A stretch of 64,000 nt of DNA from an uncultured Bacteroidales bacterium (GTDB lineage Bacteria > Bacteroidota > Bacteroidia > Bacteroidales > UBA7960). The notes beneath the pieces are model-generated. The model was not told the DNA's origin, ran no database searches, and was given only the letters and a program-made list of their open reading frames with translations. The stretch covers positions 67,293 to 131,292 of the forward strand of contig CAYXEH010000001.1 in the NCBI GenBank assembly GCA_964463915.1. Direction: 5' to 3'. Positions 29,001 through 39,100 of the stretch are shown here, piece by piece. How positions within the stretch are numbered: the first letter of the stretch is position 1; each line of letters opens with the position of its first letter. Made by a program: the position numbers and the translations under genes.

Positions 29001-29170
29001 ATGCCACCTCCCTCAGACTCTACCTTTCGGCCGAGAACCTGCTGACCATTACAGGCTATACCGGGGCTGATCCGGAGATCGGCGCCATGAGTTCCTTCGA
29101 TATCGGTATCGACAGGGGTGTTTATCCACAATCCAGGACTTTCCGCCTGGGTGTAAATGTTTCTTTCTAA
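26072..29170 (+). CDS. susC: SusC/RagA-family TonB-dependent outer-membrane transporter
   Basis: Signal peptide. CarboxypepD_reg-like 'IRGVVTDASSGETLPGASIRVKD'. Plug region 'IDVLKDAASAAIYGARAANGVVLITTK'. Size of 1032 aa. C-terminal 'RTFRLGVNVSF'. Confidence 0.95.
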   Translation: MKQSFLSLLLLIAGLFLVSSVQSQTIRGVVTDASSGETLPGASIRVKDATLGTTTEIDGDYSLNLPAGSHTIIYSFVGFSTQEISITIEEGETIVRDISMEPAALTFEETVVIGYGSQQKIVTTGSISSIDSEAINRIPLLRTEQALQGQTAGVQVTSLSGQPGEAPTVRIRGAGTTGDAEPLYIVDGMAVGGIDYLNPGDIESIDVLKDAASAAIYGARAANGVVLITTKTGTEGQMNVSYSGYQGIQNAARTIDMLNAEQYRMMMNEGARNSGLTEPFDPNEIPAHDTDWQDALFQSDVPMFNHQLSVNGGTDKSTYASSMSYFSQQGIIGGEKSKFDRITARLNSDHQVNDFFNFGSNLSYTHTSQRGIASNASFNAAYGSALNLDPLTPVFQEDENILAQRPYSTEPVVTNDRGQVYGISDFVGAEIVNPLALLETQRGETRVDKFVGNMYGEVEILESLRFKSTLGLDLGYVVNDSHTPLFYLNGAQLNTDKTTVSKNINRFHTWQFENTLSYNRQIQEHNISGLIGVTARKFNFEDLSGFNADVSTADPDNVYLSMARDTVWTAYGGANHSALLSQFGRILYDYKSTYSLNITLRRDGSSKFGANNRYGIFPSVGTSWNISYEDFFPELGPVNLVKLKASWGINGNQEIGDYQFLSTMDMSRGYIFGGGRAFGASPSFIDNPDIRWEESEQIDIGFEMGAFENRLNAAFDYYIKTTSGLLERIPIPAHVGNDPPFANVGSVQNRGVELSLDWRHYSNNVRYSIGINGAYNQNEMTKIGNEEGVLPGATWAVAGMVTRAEIGRPIGYFWGYKTNGIFQNMAEVYQHINNQGRLLQPSAKPGDVRFVDVNDDGVINSNDRTMIGNPTPAWTFGMDANIEYRQFDLAVLFIGSYGNDVFNGMQRPDLRYTNRTTDILNRWTGEGTSNTVPRFTWIDRNNNNRISDLYIEDGSFLRLKNVQIGYNFPERITGRINATSLRLYLSAENLLTITGYTGADPEIGAMSSFDIGIDRGVYPQSRTFRLGVNVSF

Positions 29171-29187
29171 TCTAAAGAAGAGAAAAA

Positions 29188-30747
29188 ATGAGAAAGCTGA
29201 CAATTATAAAACCAATTACGGCATTGATCACCCTGCTTGTGCTAAGTGCCTGCAGTGATGACTTTTTGGATCTGCAACCACTCGACCAGGAAGTATCCTC
29301 AACCTATTACCGGACAGAAAAACAAGCTTATCGCGGACTGGTAGCCATCTACGACGTGCTCACCTATCAATCTACTCCCGGCGTGGCCTGGGCGCCGTTT
29401 CTGACCATATCAGACATATTGTCCGATGATGCTTTTGCCGGCGGCTCCGATGCCAATGACGGGCTGGAAGAAAACCAGCTGAACAACCATGATATATACA
29501 CAACCAATCCGCTGCCCCACTCTATCTGGATCAAAAACTACATCGGGGTCTTCAGGGCAAACCTTTTCCTGGAAAAGATCGATGAGATCGAAGCCCCTGA
29601 GGAGTTCAAGAAGAGAACCATTGCGGAGGCCAAATTCCTGCGCGCCTATTTCTACCTCGAGCAGGTCCGGTTTTTTGAAAACATCCCTCTGATCACCGAA
29701 GTCCTGGCCGGGGAATCCGAATACGAACAGGAACAAAACACCCCGGAGGAAGTATACAACCAAATCGCTCTTGACCTTGTGGAAGCCATGGAAGATCTTC
29801 CGGAGTCAGTTCCTGCGAACGAGCTTGGAAGAGTCACAAAATGGGCGGCCAAGGGACTACTGGCCAGAACTTATCTTTTTTATAACGGTGTTTATGGCGG
29901 AGATCTGGATGCCGGTGGCATAACCGTAAACCGATCTTTTGTGCTGCAACAGCTTGAGGACCTTATAGCCAATAGCGGCCATGATCTGTTGGATGATTAT
30001 TCGGATAACTTCAGCCTCGTGGGCGAACACGGCATAGAGTCCGTTTTTGAGATCTCCCATGGAGATACACCTCCCTGGTGGGACTGGGAATACGTGCGCG
30101 GAGGAAACGGGAACCTTGCTGCCCAGATGCAGGGCCCCAGGGTTACCGGTTCCGATAACTGGGACAGGGGATGGAGTTTTGCACCTGTAAACCATAAACT
30201 GGCGACTTTCATGGAAGGTGATCCAAGATTTGAACATACCATCCTTACACAGGAAGAGCTGGACGGCTCCCTGTCTATTGGGTATCAACATACCGGATAT
30301 TTTTCCAAAAAATACAGCTCGGATGCAGAGCACTGGGGATCCGATGGTCAATTTGAGCTGAACAGGACCTGCAACTTCCGTGTAATCAGGTTTTCCGATG
30401 TGCTACTCATGGCTGCCGAGCTGGGAAGCCCGAATGCCCAGACCTACCTGGACAGAGTAAGAGACCGGGTTGGGTTGGATCCAGTGCCAGCTACTCCGGA
30501 AAACATACTCAGGGAACGAAGGCTTGAGTTGTCACTTGAAGGGATACGCTATTTTGACCTCCTTCGACAGGGACTGGATTATGCCAACCAGGAACTCACC
30601 CACTCCGGCATAAGAGGACCCAATTACGAAGGCGAGCAGCAGTTGTTCGACGTAACATTCAATCCGGCAACAAAAGGGTTTCTTCCTATCCCGCAGACGG
30701 AAGTGGATCTTTCCGGTGGAGTTTTTGTTCAAAACAGCGGATATTGA
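29188..30747 (+). CDS. susD: SusD/RagB-family outer-membrane glycan-binding lipoprotein
   Basis: Lipobox 'LVLSAC'. The gene lies immediately downstream of SusC. TPR-like helical N-half. 'RERRLELSLEGIRYFDLLR' motif. C-terminal 'PIPQTEVDLS'. Confidence 0.95.
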   Translation: MRKLTIIKPITALITLLVLSACSDDFLDLQPLDQEVSSTYYRTEKQAYRGLVAIYDVLTYQSTPGVAWAPFLTISDILSDDAFAGGSDANDGLEENQLNNHDIYTTNPLPHSIWIKNYIGVFRANLFLEKIDEIEAPEEFKKRTIAEAKFLRAYFYLEQVRFFENIPLITEVLAGESEYEQEQNTPEEVYNQIALDLVEAMEDLPESVPANELGRVTKWAAKGLLARTYLFYNGVYGGDLDAGGITVNRSFVLQQLEDLIANSGHDLLDDYSDNFSLVGEHGIESVFEISHGDTPPWWDWEYVRGGNGNLAAQMQGPRVTGSDNWDRGWSFAPVNHKLATFMEGDPRFEHTILTQEELDGSLSIGYQHTGYFSKKYSSDAEHWGSDGQFELNRTCNFRVIRFSDVLLMAAELGSPNAQTYLDRVRDRVGLDPVPATPENILRERRLELSLEGIRYFDLLRQGLDYANQELTHSGIRGPNYEGEQQLFDVTFNPATKGFLPIPQTEVDLSGGVFVQNSGY

Positions 30748-30838
30748 TGTAATGGCATCAGGTCATGCCCAACACATCATTTTTCCAGCAAATTATTCAG
30801 CCAGGCCGTGCAAGGAACGCAGCCATAAGAACTAATTT

Positions 30839-32404
30839 ATGACTCAAAGAAACTATACAGTACTCATTTCCATCATTGTGGCACTTGGCGGGTTCCTGAT
30901 GGGGTTCGACAGTGCAGTGATTTCCGGTGCCACTCCTTTTTACAGGGAAACCTTTGGGCTCAGGACAGGTTCAATGCTGATCGGGTTTTCTGTCAGCTCA
31001 CTGATTCTGGGAGCCATCATTGGAAATATCAGTGCAGGAAAAATTGCTGACCACTTTGGCAGACGCAAAGCATTGATGTTTACTGCCGTCCTTTTCGGAG
31101 TCAGTGCCATCAGTACGGCCCTGGCTACAGACATTGTTACCTTCCTGATCGCACGCATTGTGGGCGGACTGGGTGTAGGAATTGCCATACTGGTAGCCCC
31201 TATGTATATCGCCGAAATATCCCCGCGCAGATTGCGCGGCACCCTGGTCACAATCAATCAGCTCAACATCGTACTTGGGATTTCCATTGCCTATTTTTCT
31301 AATTACTATTTCCAGCAAACCATTGCCGATGCAGATTTCAAATGGCGGGTTATGCTGGGAGTGGAAGCTGTACCTGCTGTAATATACCTGGCGCTTTTAT
31401 TTATTGTACCCCGCAGCCCCCGCTGGCTGATGCAAAAGGGCTTCAATGATGAAGCCATGCAGGTCCTTAGAAAGGTCAACGGCGATGAGGGGGCACAAGT
31501 TGTGTACAATGAGATTGACCATAGCCTGAAAGAGGAAATCAACAAAGACAAGGCCAGGTGGTCGGATGTGTTTTCATCCAAAATGAAACTGGTATTGATC
31601 ATTGGATTCGGTATTGCTTTCTTTCAGCAGATCACCGGGATCAATGCCATTTTTTACTACGCCCCAATGATCTTTGAAATGGCAGGCGGCGGAAAAGATG
31701 CCGCGTTCATGCAAGCCGCCATACTTGGTGTTACCAATGTGGTGATGACGGTGGCGGCCATGTTCGTCATCGATAAGCTTGGACGAAAACCACTGCTGTA
31801 TATTGGTGCCGCCGGGATATGTATTTCCATGCTGATCGTGTCCGTTTCTTTTTTCAACGCCAGGTACACCATTGACGAGAAATCAATGGAAGCCCTGGTT
31901 GAGGAGGTTACAGAAATGGACCCTCTGCCTGTCCACCTGGAAAACATTCACAAACTTGAGGAACTCAAAGGTGTACCTTTTGACAACGAAACAGCGTTTT
32001 TTAGTCTGGTAAATGAAAAAGTCGGACAAGATACGTACAATGTATTTAAAGAGATCATCCTCAAACATTCAATCAACATCAATTCTTTATGGGTATTGAT
32101 CGGACTGCTGATGTTTGTGGCCTCTTTTGCCATCTCCCTGGGACCGGTCATGTGGACACTATTATCTGAGATTTTCCCCAATAAACTCAGGGGACTGGCC
32201 ATTTCCATTATGGGTTTCTGGAATTCCATTGTCAGTTTCTCTGTAGCTACGGTATTCCCTGTACAGCTCGAATACCTCGGGTCAGATAAAACCTACCTGA
32301 TCTATGCCATTTTCGGCTTGCTCACCCTTCTCTTTGTCTGGCGTTTTGTTCCGGAAACAAAAGGGAAATCACTGGAAGAACTGGAAGAACAACTAATTAA
32401 ATAA
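30839..32404 (+). CDS. MFS sugar-porter family transporter (sugar:H+ symporter) with an insertion of about 75 aa between predicted TM9 and TM10
   Basis: 'GRRKALM', 'PRSPRWL' and 'PETKGKSLEELE' sugar-porter signatures, with 12 hydrophobic segments. The extra hydrophilic segment is encoded at about nt 31858-32085. Confidence 0.9.
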   Translation: MTQRNYTVLISIIVALGGFLMGFDSAVISGATPFYRETFGLRTGSMLIGFSVSSLILGAIIGNISAGKIADHFGRRKALMFTAVLFGVSAISTALATDIVTFLIARIVGGLGVGIAILVAPMYIAEISPRRLRGTLVTINQLNIVLGISIAYFSNYYFQQTIADADFKWRVMLGVEAVPAVIYLALLFIVPRSPRWLMQKGFNDEAMQVLRKVNGDEGAQVVYNEIDHSLKEEINKDKARWSDVFSSKMKLVLIIGFGIAFFQQITGINAIFYYAPMIFEMAGGGKDAAFMQAAILGVTNVVMTVAAMFVIDKLGRKPLLYIGAAGICISMLIVSVSFFNARYTIDEKSMEALVEEVTEMDPLPVHLENIHKLEELKGVPFDNETAFFSLVNEKVGQDTYNVFKEIILKHSININSLWVLIGLLMFVASFAISLGPVMWTLLSEIFPNKLRGLAISIMGFWNSIVSFSVATVFPVQLEYLGSDKTYLIYAIFGLLTLLFVWRFVPETKGKSLEELEEQLIK

Positions 32405-32411
32405 AAAAAGC

Positions 32412-33734
32412 ATGAAAATATTGAAGATCACACCGATCATATCACTGACTATCCTGTTGTTTGCATGCAACGGCGCTCCCCGGCAAAATGGAAAGTACCT
32501 TATAGACGGCCCTTCCCATGTAGAACTGAGGGAAACCGATGGAAAGCATCGCCTGTATGTCAATGGCGAAGAGTTTTTTGTCAAAGGTGCCGGGTGTGAA
32601 TTTGGCCCGTGTTACAATGTATCTGATTTCGGAGGTAACTCCATCCGAACCTGGCGCACTGACAACGGAATGCAAACAGGAATGGAGGTGCTGGATGAGG
32701 CTTACGAGAATGGGATTATGGTGATGATGGGCCTCGATGTGGCCAGAGAACGTCATGGTTTTGACTACGATGACGAAGAGGCAGTTGCCGAACAACTGGA
32801 GAGGTTTCGTCAGGAAGTACTTGAATTGAAAGATCATCCCGCTCTTCTGGGCTGGGGAATCGGAAATGAACTCAATCTTCGCTATACCAACAAGAAGGTT
32901 TGGGATGCCGTAAATGACATCGCCCGCATGATCAAAGAAGAAGATGGAAATCATGTTACCACCACCATGCTGGCAGGTATCGGGAAAGGAGAGGTTGATT
33001 ATATCAGGGAGAACTGCCCGGACCTGGATTTTCTTTCCGTGCAGTTTTACGGTGATGTGGTAAATCTTGAAGAAAGGCTTGCGGATGCCGGATATGATGG
33101 CCCTTACCTGATTACCGAATGGGGAGCAACCGGTCATTGGGAAGTGGATCGTACCGAATGGGATATACCCATTGAACAAACATCTACAGAAAAAGCAGAA
33201 GCGATTAAATCTCGCTATGAAAACGTTATCCTTGAAGATCCGGAAAATTGTATGGGATCTTATGTGTTTCTCTGGGGTCAGAAACAGGAGCGTACCCCTT
33301 CATGGTACGGGCTGTTTACCGAAGAGGGAGAGAAAACAGAGGGCATCAACACGATGGAATATTTATGGACAGGGGAATGGCCGGAAAACATGGCACCCAA
33401 AATACATGAATTTGTCATCGAAGATATGGGGGGCCGCTATGACAATGTGTATCTCGACCGAAACGAAGAATATACAGCCATGTTTGAGGTGGAACATGAA
33501 AATCCCGAAAATCTCCGCGTACGGGCGGAAATCATGCCCGAACCGAAAGAACTGAGCGACGGGGGTGATTTTGAGCCCAGACCCGAAACCATTGAAGGGC
33601 TTATCCTGTCGGCAGATATGCAGGAAATTACCTTCAGGGCACCCGAAGAAGAAGGCCCATACCGCATCTTTATTTACGTAACAGACAGGCATAACCACGC
33701 TGCAACAGCAAATATTCCGTTTTACGTAAAATAA
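32412..33734 (+). CDS. Clan GH-A (beta/alpha)8 glycoside hydrolase lipoprotein, GH158-like candidate endo-beta-1,3-glucanase, with a C-terminal Ig-like domain
   Basis: Lipobox 'LLFACNG'. 'GWGIGNELN' is a candidate acid/base NE, and 'YLITEWGATG' is a candidate nucleophile E. A beta-rich tail of about 100 aa follows. The context of GH16 plus GH3 mirrors Bacteroides beta-1,3-glucan loci. The family assignment is an inference. Confidence 0.6.
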   Translation: MKILKITPIISLTILLFACNGAPRQNGKYLIDGPSHVELRETDGKHRLYVNGEEFFVKGAGCEFGPCYNVSDFGGNSIRTWRTDNGMQTGMEVLDEAYENGIMVMMGLDVARERHGFDYDDEEAVAEQLERFRQEVLELKDHPALLGWGIGNELNLRYTNKKVWDAVNDIARMIKEEDGNHVTTTMLAGIGKGEVDYIRENCPDLDFLSVQFYGDVVNLEERLADAGYDGPYLITEWGATGHWEVDRTEWDIPIEQTSTEKAEAIKSRYENVILEDPENCMGSYVFLWGQKQERTPSWYGLFTEEGEKTEGINTMEYLWTGEWPENMAPKIHEFVIEDMGGRYDNVYLDRNEEYTAMFEVEHENPENLRVRAEIMPEPKELSDGGDFEPRPETIEGLILSADMQEITFRAPEEEGPYRIFIYVTDRHNHAATANIPFYVK

Positions 33735-33786
33735 TTGCAGCACATTCTTAACAGGATCACATAATAACTTGATTTTGGGTAATTTT

Positions 33787-36081
33787 ATGAGGCGAGCAGG
33801 ATTAGTTGTGTTTGTTTTTATGATTATGTTGGTTGGTGGTTGCGGCCCGGCTGGCCCGGAAGTGTATGATGACATACACTTCCGCCGGGCCGACAGCCTT
33901 TTGCAATCGCTGAGCCTGGAAGAAAAAGCCGGGCAGATGACCAATATCGGGCTTACGGCACTTACCCAGGGTCCCTTTTGGAATGATTTCGACACCCTTC
34001 TGCTTGATACGGCAAAAATGAAGCATTTGCTGATTGAAAACCACGTCGGATCCATTCAAAACAAGGGGATATATCCTCCTTCAAAGGAAGAATGGCACCA
34101 GATTATAAAATCGCTTCAGCAATTTGTAAAGGAAAACAGCCGTCACAAAATTCCGCTGCTCATTGGGATGGATGGAGTTCACGGAGCCACCTACACAGCC
34201 GGATCGACCATTTTCCCTCACCAGATTGCACTCGCCGCAAGCTGGAATCCTGAACTGGCAAACACCACCGGCAAAATCACGGCCTACGAAATGCGGGCCT
34301 CCTCACAACCCTGGAATTACTCCCCCACACTGGATGTGAGTATGCAGCCACTTTGGGGAAGAGTGGCCGAAACGTTCGGAGAAGACACCCACCTGCAAAA
34401 AGTCATGGGGCGGGCATTCATTGAAGGGCAGCAGGGAGAGTCGCTTTCGGATACCACGAGGGTGGCCGTGTGTGCAAAACATTTTGTGGGATACGGCACC
34501 CCCTTCAGTGGGAAAGACCGCTCCCCTGCCTATATTCCTGAACATTACCTCCGGCAACATTATATTGAACCTTTCCGGGCCGCCATTGAACAGGGAGCCA
34601 TCACAGTCATGCTCAACTCCGGGTCTGTAAACGGTATACCCGGACACGCCGACAAATATCTCATCACGGATGTCCTTAAAGGGGAGTTGGGATTGAAGGG
34701 ATTCGTTCTGTCAGACTGGGAGGATGTGGGCCGTCTGGCAACCATGCACAATGTGGCCCATGACAGCAAGGAAGCGGCAAAAATTGCGGTGATGGCCGGT
34801 GTGGACATGAGTATGGTACCCTACGATGCAAGTTTTGCAAGGCATATCACCGAACTGGTTAACGAGGGGGAAATCCCCATGAGCCGGATCGATGATGCGG
34901 TCAGAAGAATATTGTACGTAAAATTCAGGCTGGGTCTTTTTGACAATGCCTGGCATGACCCCGCCGGTTATACCAATTTTGGCTCGGAAGAATTCGCCAA
35001 TGAAAGCTACAAAGCTGCCCTGGAAGCAATCACGTTGCTGAAAAATGAGAATGAACTGCTTCCCATCCCGGATAAACGCACAAAATTTCTGCTTACCGGA
35101 CCTGGCTCCGATGCCCTTACGGCACTCAATGGTCCCTGGAGCAGAACCTGGGCCGGCGACGATCCGACTTATGACGATCCCGGGAAACAAACCATCCTTG
35201 AAGCGATGCAGGATATCTATGGGAAAAGCAACATCATCCATACCCCCGGCACAGGCTATGAGGGAGAGGTGGAAAGCCAGGAGCATTTGCTGTCAAAAGC
35301 TGCGGATACAGATGTAATCATGGTATGCCTGGGAGAACGCCCGGCCACCGAGAAGCCCTCAGATACTGATCACCTGGCACTGCCCGCCAATCAGCTTGAA
35401 TTGGTAAAGCGTCTGCATTATAGCGGGAAACCGATCATCCTTGTTACGCTGCAGGGGCGCCCGCGTATTATTCGGGAAATTGAACCCCTGGCAGATGCTA
35501 TTTTTCATGCATATTGGCCCGGGCACGAAGGAGGCAGGGCCCTGGCCACACTCATTCACGGTAAAGAGAATCCCAGCGGCAAACTACCTTACACCTGGCC
35601 AAGACATAGTGGCACTTTACATACTTATCAACATAAGGGAAGTGACAAACTGGATGGTGAATTCGGAGACGGGGGATTCAACCCGCAGTGGGAATTCGGA
35701 CACGGCCTCAGTTATACGGATTTTACCTATAACGGGATGAGCCTTTCCACAGACACCGTTCACACCGGTGAGGATCTTCATGTTCGCATCAATCTGCGGA
35801 ACACAGGCCCCTATAACGGGAAAGAAGTTGTTCAGGTATACCTGCGTGATCTTGTTGCCCGGGTCACTCCGGCCGACCGCAAACTGGTCGCTTTTGAAAA
35901 AGTCCACCTCGCAGCCTGGGAAACAACCACCCTTGAATTTGTCATCGAATACGATGAGTTGAAATTTGTGGATATCAACAACGAGTGGATCGCAGAAAGA
36001 GGGGAATTTGAGATTCTTGTGGGTGGTAACCCGGGAAGCCTGAACAAAACAAGTTTTTTCTATACCGGAGATACCCCCTGA
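33787..36081 (+). CDS. bglX: GH3 beta-glucosidase / exo-beta-1,3-glucosidase, lipoprotein
   Basis: Lipobox 'LVGGCG'. 'GMDGVHG', 'KHFVGYG', and nucleophile region 'GFVLSDWEDV'. C-terminal (alpha/beta)6 and Fn3-like domains. The ORF-track start at 33769 is a TTG, so I used the ATG at 33787. Confidence 0.9.
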   Translation: MRRAGLVVFVFMIMLVGGCGPAGPEVYDDIHFRRADSLLQSLSLEEKAGQMTNIGLTALTQGPFWNDFDTLLLDTAKMKHLLIENHVGSIQNKGIYPPSKEEWHQIIKSLQQFVKENSRHKIPLLIGMDGVHGATYTAGSTIFPHQIALAASWNPELANTTGKITAYEMRASSQPWNYSPTLDVSMQPLWGRVAETFGEDTHLQKVMGRAFIEGQQGESLSDTTRVAVCAKHFVGYGTPFSGKDRSPAYIPEHYLRQHYIEPFRAAIEQGAITVMLNSGSVNGIPGHADKYLITDVLKGELGLKGFVLSDWEDVGRLATMHNVAHDSKEAAKIAVMAGVDMSMVPYDASFARHITELVNEGEIPMSRIDDAVRRILYVKFRLGLFDNAWHDPAGYTNFGSEEFANESYKAALEAITLLKNENELLPIPDKRTKFLLTGPGSDALTALNGPWSRTWAGDDPTYDDPGKQTILEAMQDIYGKSNIIHTPGTGYEGEVESQEHLLSKAADTDVIMVCLGERPATEKPSDTDHLALPANQLELVKRLHYSGKPIILVTLQGRPRIIREIEPLADAIFHAYWPGHEGGRALATLIHGKENPSGKLPYTWPRHSGTLHTYQHKGSDKLDGEFGDGGFNPQWEFGHGLSYTDFTYNGMSLSTDTVHTGEDLHVRINLRNTGPYNGKEVVQVYLRDLVARVTPADRKLVAFEKVHLAAWETTTLEFVIEYDELKFVDINNEWIAERGEFEILVGGNPGSLNKTSFFYTGDTP

Positions 36082-36141
36082 GGCCGGTTCAGCCGCCTGA
36101 CTCATCATTTTTATTCACTCAAAAACGGAAATTGAAGCCCA

Positions 36142-39100
36142 ATGCAACAACTTCCTCCCTACATCAACAAACAACCCCTCAATGTTCAGGAGGGAGAAGT
36201 ACACGGCCAACTGACAGAGATTGACGGCGAATCCTTCTATTGTATTGAAAATTATAACCTCATGAGACCTTTCCTCATGAGCATTGTGAGCAGCGGTGAC
36301 CTTTGGCTGTATCTCTCAAGTAATGGCGGGCTTACCGCAGGCCGGCAGAATTATGACAACACCCTTTTCCCCTACAATACCGATGACAAGATTCATACAT
36401 CGCACATGACCACTGGTCCGTTTACAGTGATCCGTGTAAAAGAAATCAATCGAAAGGTCATCTGGGAGCCTTTCTCTGAAAAAGACGCCGGCTTGTATCA
36501 GATTCAACGCAATCTGTACAAAAATTTACCGGGCAATAAAGTAATCTTTGAGGAGATCAATCATACGCTCAGGCTTACTTTCAGGTATGCCTGGATGAGC
36601 AGTGATGAATTCGGATGGATCAGAAAACCGGTATTAAAGAACCATTCAGATCAACCCAGGGAAATGGAGATCTTCGACGGACTCCTTGATATCCTTCCCT
36701 GGGGGATTACCCGCCAGACCCAGAGCACGATGAGCACGTTGATGGATGCCTACAAGGTCAGTGAATACCTGCCGGAGAAAGGAATGGCTCTGTATTACAT
36801 GTCGTCAATCCCCGTTGACCGTGCTGAACCCAGCGAAGCCCTCAGGTCGAATGTGGTTTGGAGTACTGGGATCACCCCCGGGTCTGTCATGCTGAGCCAC
36901 GGTCAGCTCGGCCAGATACGGCGGGGTGACAAAGTAAATGGAGAGCAGAAGATTTTTGGTGAAAAGTCGGCCTTTATCTTAAACGCCCCCATCAAACTGA
37001 AAGCCAAAGGCCAGGCCCAATGGTCCATCATCGCGGATGTGGCGAAAGACAGCTCCGGCATACTTTCTCTGATAAACCGGATCGGAAAAAGTCAGGATCC
37101 GGAATTGCTCGTTGAAATAAGTGCAAAAGCGGATAGCGAAAAACTCGCCTCCATGGTTGCCCGTGCAGACGGGAAGCAGCAAACCGGTGACCCGCTAAGC
37201 GATCGCCGGCACTTTTCCAATACCCTTTTCAATATCATGCGGGGAGGCATCTTTGCTGACGACTACCGGATCAACATCCGTGACTTTCTGGATCATTTGC
37301 ACAAAAGCAATCCGGTCATCTGGGAAAAATACAGCGAAGATTTAAAAAACCGCGGGGAGATCACCAACCTGGACGGATTGCAAAACTATGCAAATAAATC
37401 CGGCGACAGGCATTTACAGCGTCTTACAAAAGAATATCTGCCACTGAGTTTCAGCCGCCGTCACGGGGACCCCAGCCGACCCTGGAACTATTTTGACATT
37501 CATGTAAAGAACCCCGATGGTAGCCCCTCACTTAATTACCAGGGCAACTGGCGGGACATTTTTCAGAACTGGGAAGCACTGGGGTTCTCCTATCCCGCAT
37601 ATTTACCGGGCATGATCACACGTTTTTTAAACGCTTCTACTGCTGATGGTTACAATCCTTACCGGATCACACGCGACGGTTTCGACTGGGAGGTTCCTGA
37701 ACCCGATAACCCATGGGCCAGCATTGGATACTGGGGCGATCACCAGGTAGCCTACCTTCTGCGACTTATGGAAATGCAGGAAAAATTTTTCCCGGGCAAA
37801 CTCGCTGAGGGGCTCAATGACCGTCATTATGTCTTCGCCAACCTTCCCTACCGCATCCGCCCTTACGCGGAAATCTGCAAAGACCCCCAGGATACCATCA
37901 TCTTTGACAGTGCCCTTCATCACCACCTGTTAAAAAGAAGGGAAGCAGAGGGCAACGACGGCAAACTGATGCACCAGGAAAACGGGGAGCTGCAACAAGC
38001 CTGCTTCCTGGAGAAGATCCAGGTAAGTTTATTGACCAGGTTGAGTAATTTTGTGCCCGAAGCAGGGATCTGGCTCAACACCCAGCGACCTGAATGGAAC
38101 GATGCCAACAACGCCCTCGCCGGCTATGGCACATCCATGGTGAGTCTTTACTATATCCGGAGAATGGTCGATTTCCTTATAAAAATTGTCCGTCAAAGCA
38201 AAGAGGAATCGTTTTTCATGTCGGATGAGGTAGTTGATTTTCATCAGGCAATCTCAAAGATACTGCGAAACAATAAACAGCTATTGGCCCGGGGCTTCAG
38301 AAATGAGGAAAGGAAGAAAATCACCGACCAACTGGGGAAGGCAGGTGAAAGATACCGGGAAATGGTATATCGCGGATTCTCCGGCAGCGAAAATGAACTG
38401 GGCAGGCAAAGCCTGATCAACTTCTACAGCCTGGTATCGGACTACCTGGATCAGTCAATTAAGATCAATCGCCGTGCTGACGGGCTATACCATTCGTATA
38501 ACCTGATGGACATACAGGAAGACCGCATCAGTATCAACCAACTGTACCTGATGCTTGAAGGCCAGGCAGCCATTCTCGGCAGCGGCATACTTTCCCCCGG
38601 CAATACACTGCAATTGATTAAGGCCCTTTTTGATTCGGCCCTGTGGAGGGCAGACCAGCAAAGTTTCATGTTGTATCCATTCAGGGATTTACCCGGCTTC
38701 CTGGATAAAAACATCATTCCAGGCAAAAAGGTTCTGCAGTCTCAATTGTTACAACACTTGCTGAATATTGGGAACACTGACATTGTCAAGCAGGATGAAA
38801 CGGGTGGCTATCATTTTAACGCATCCCTGAAAAATGCCAACGCATTGAAGAAGGCCCTCGGTAATTTATCCGGCAGGATCAATCCGGACCTGGTGTCTGA
38901 AGAAACACCAATGGTACTTGAATTATATGAAAGCGTTTTCAAACACAGGTTCTTTACCGGTCGCTCCGGATCCTTTTACAAATACGAAGGCCTGGGATCC
39001 ATTTACTGGCACATGGTCTCGAAACTGCTGCTGGCCCTGGGTGAACGAATTATTGATTTCGCCAAAGAGCAGCCGGATGATGCGAACATTCCCGAACTAA

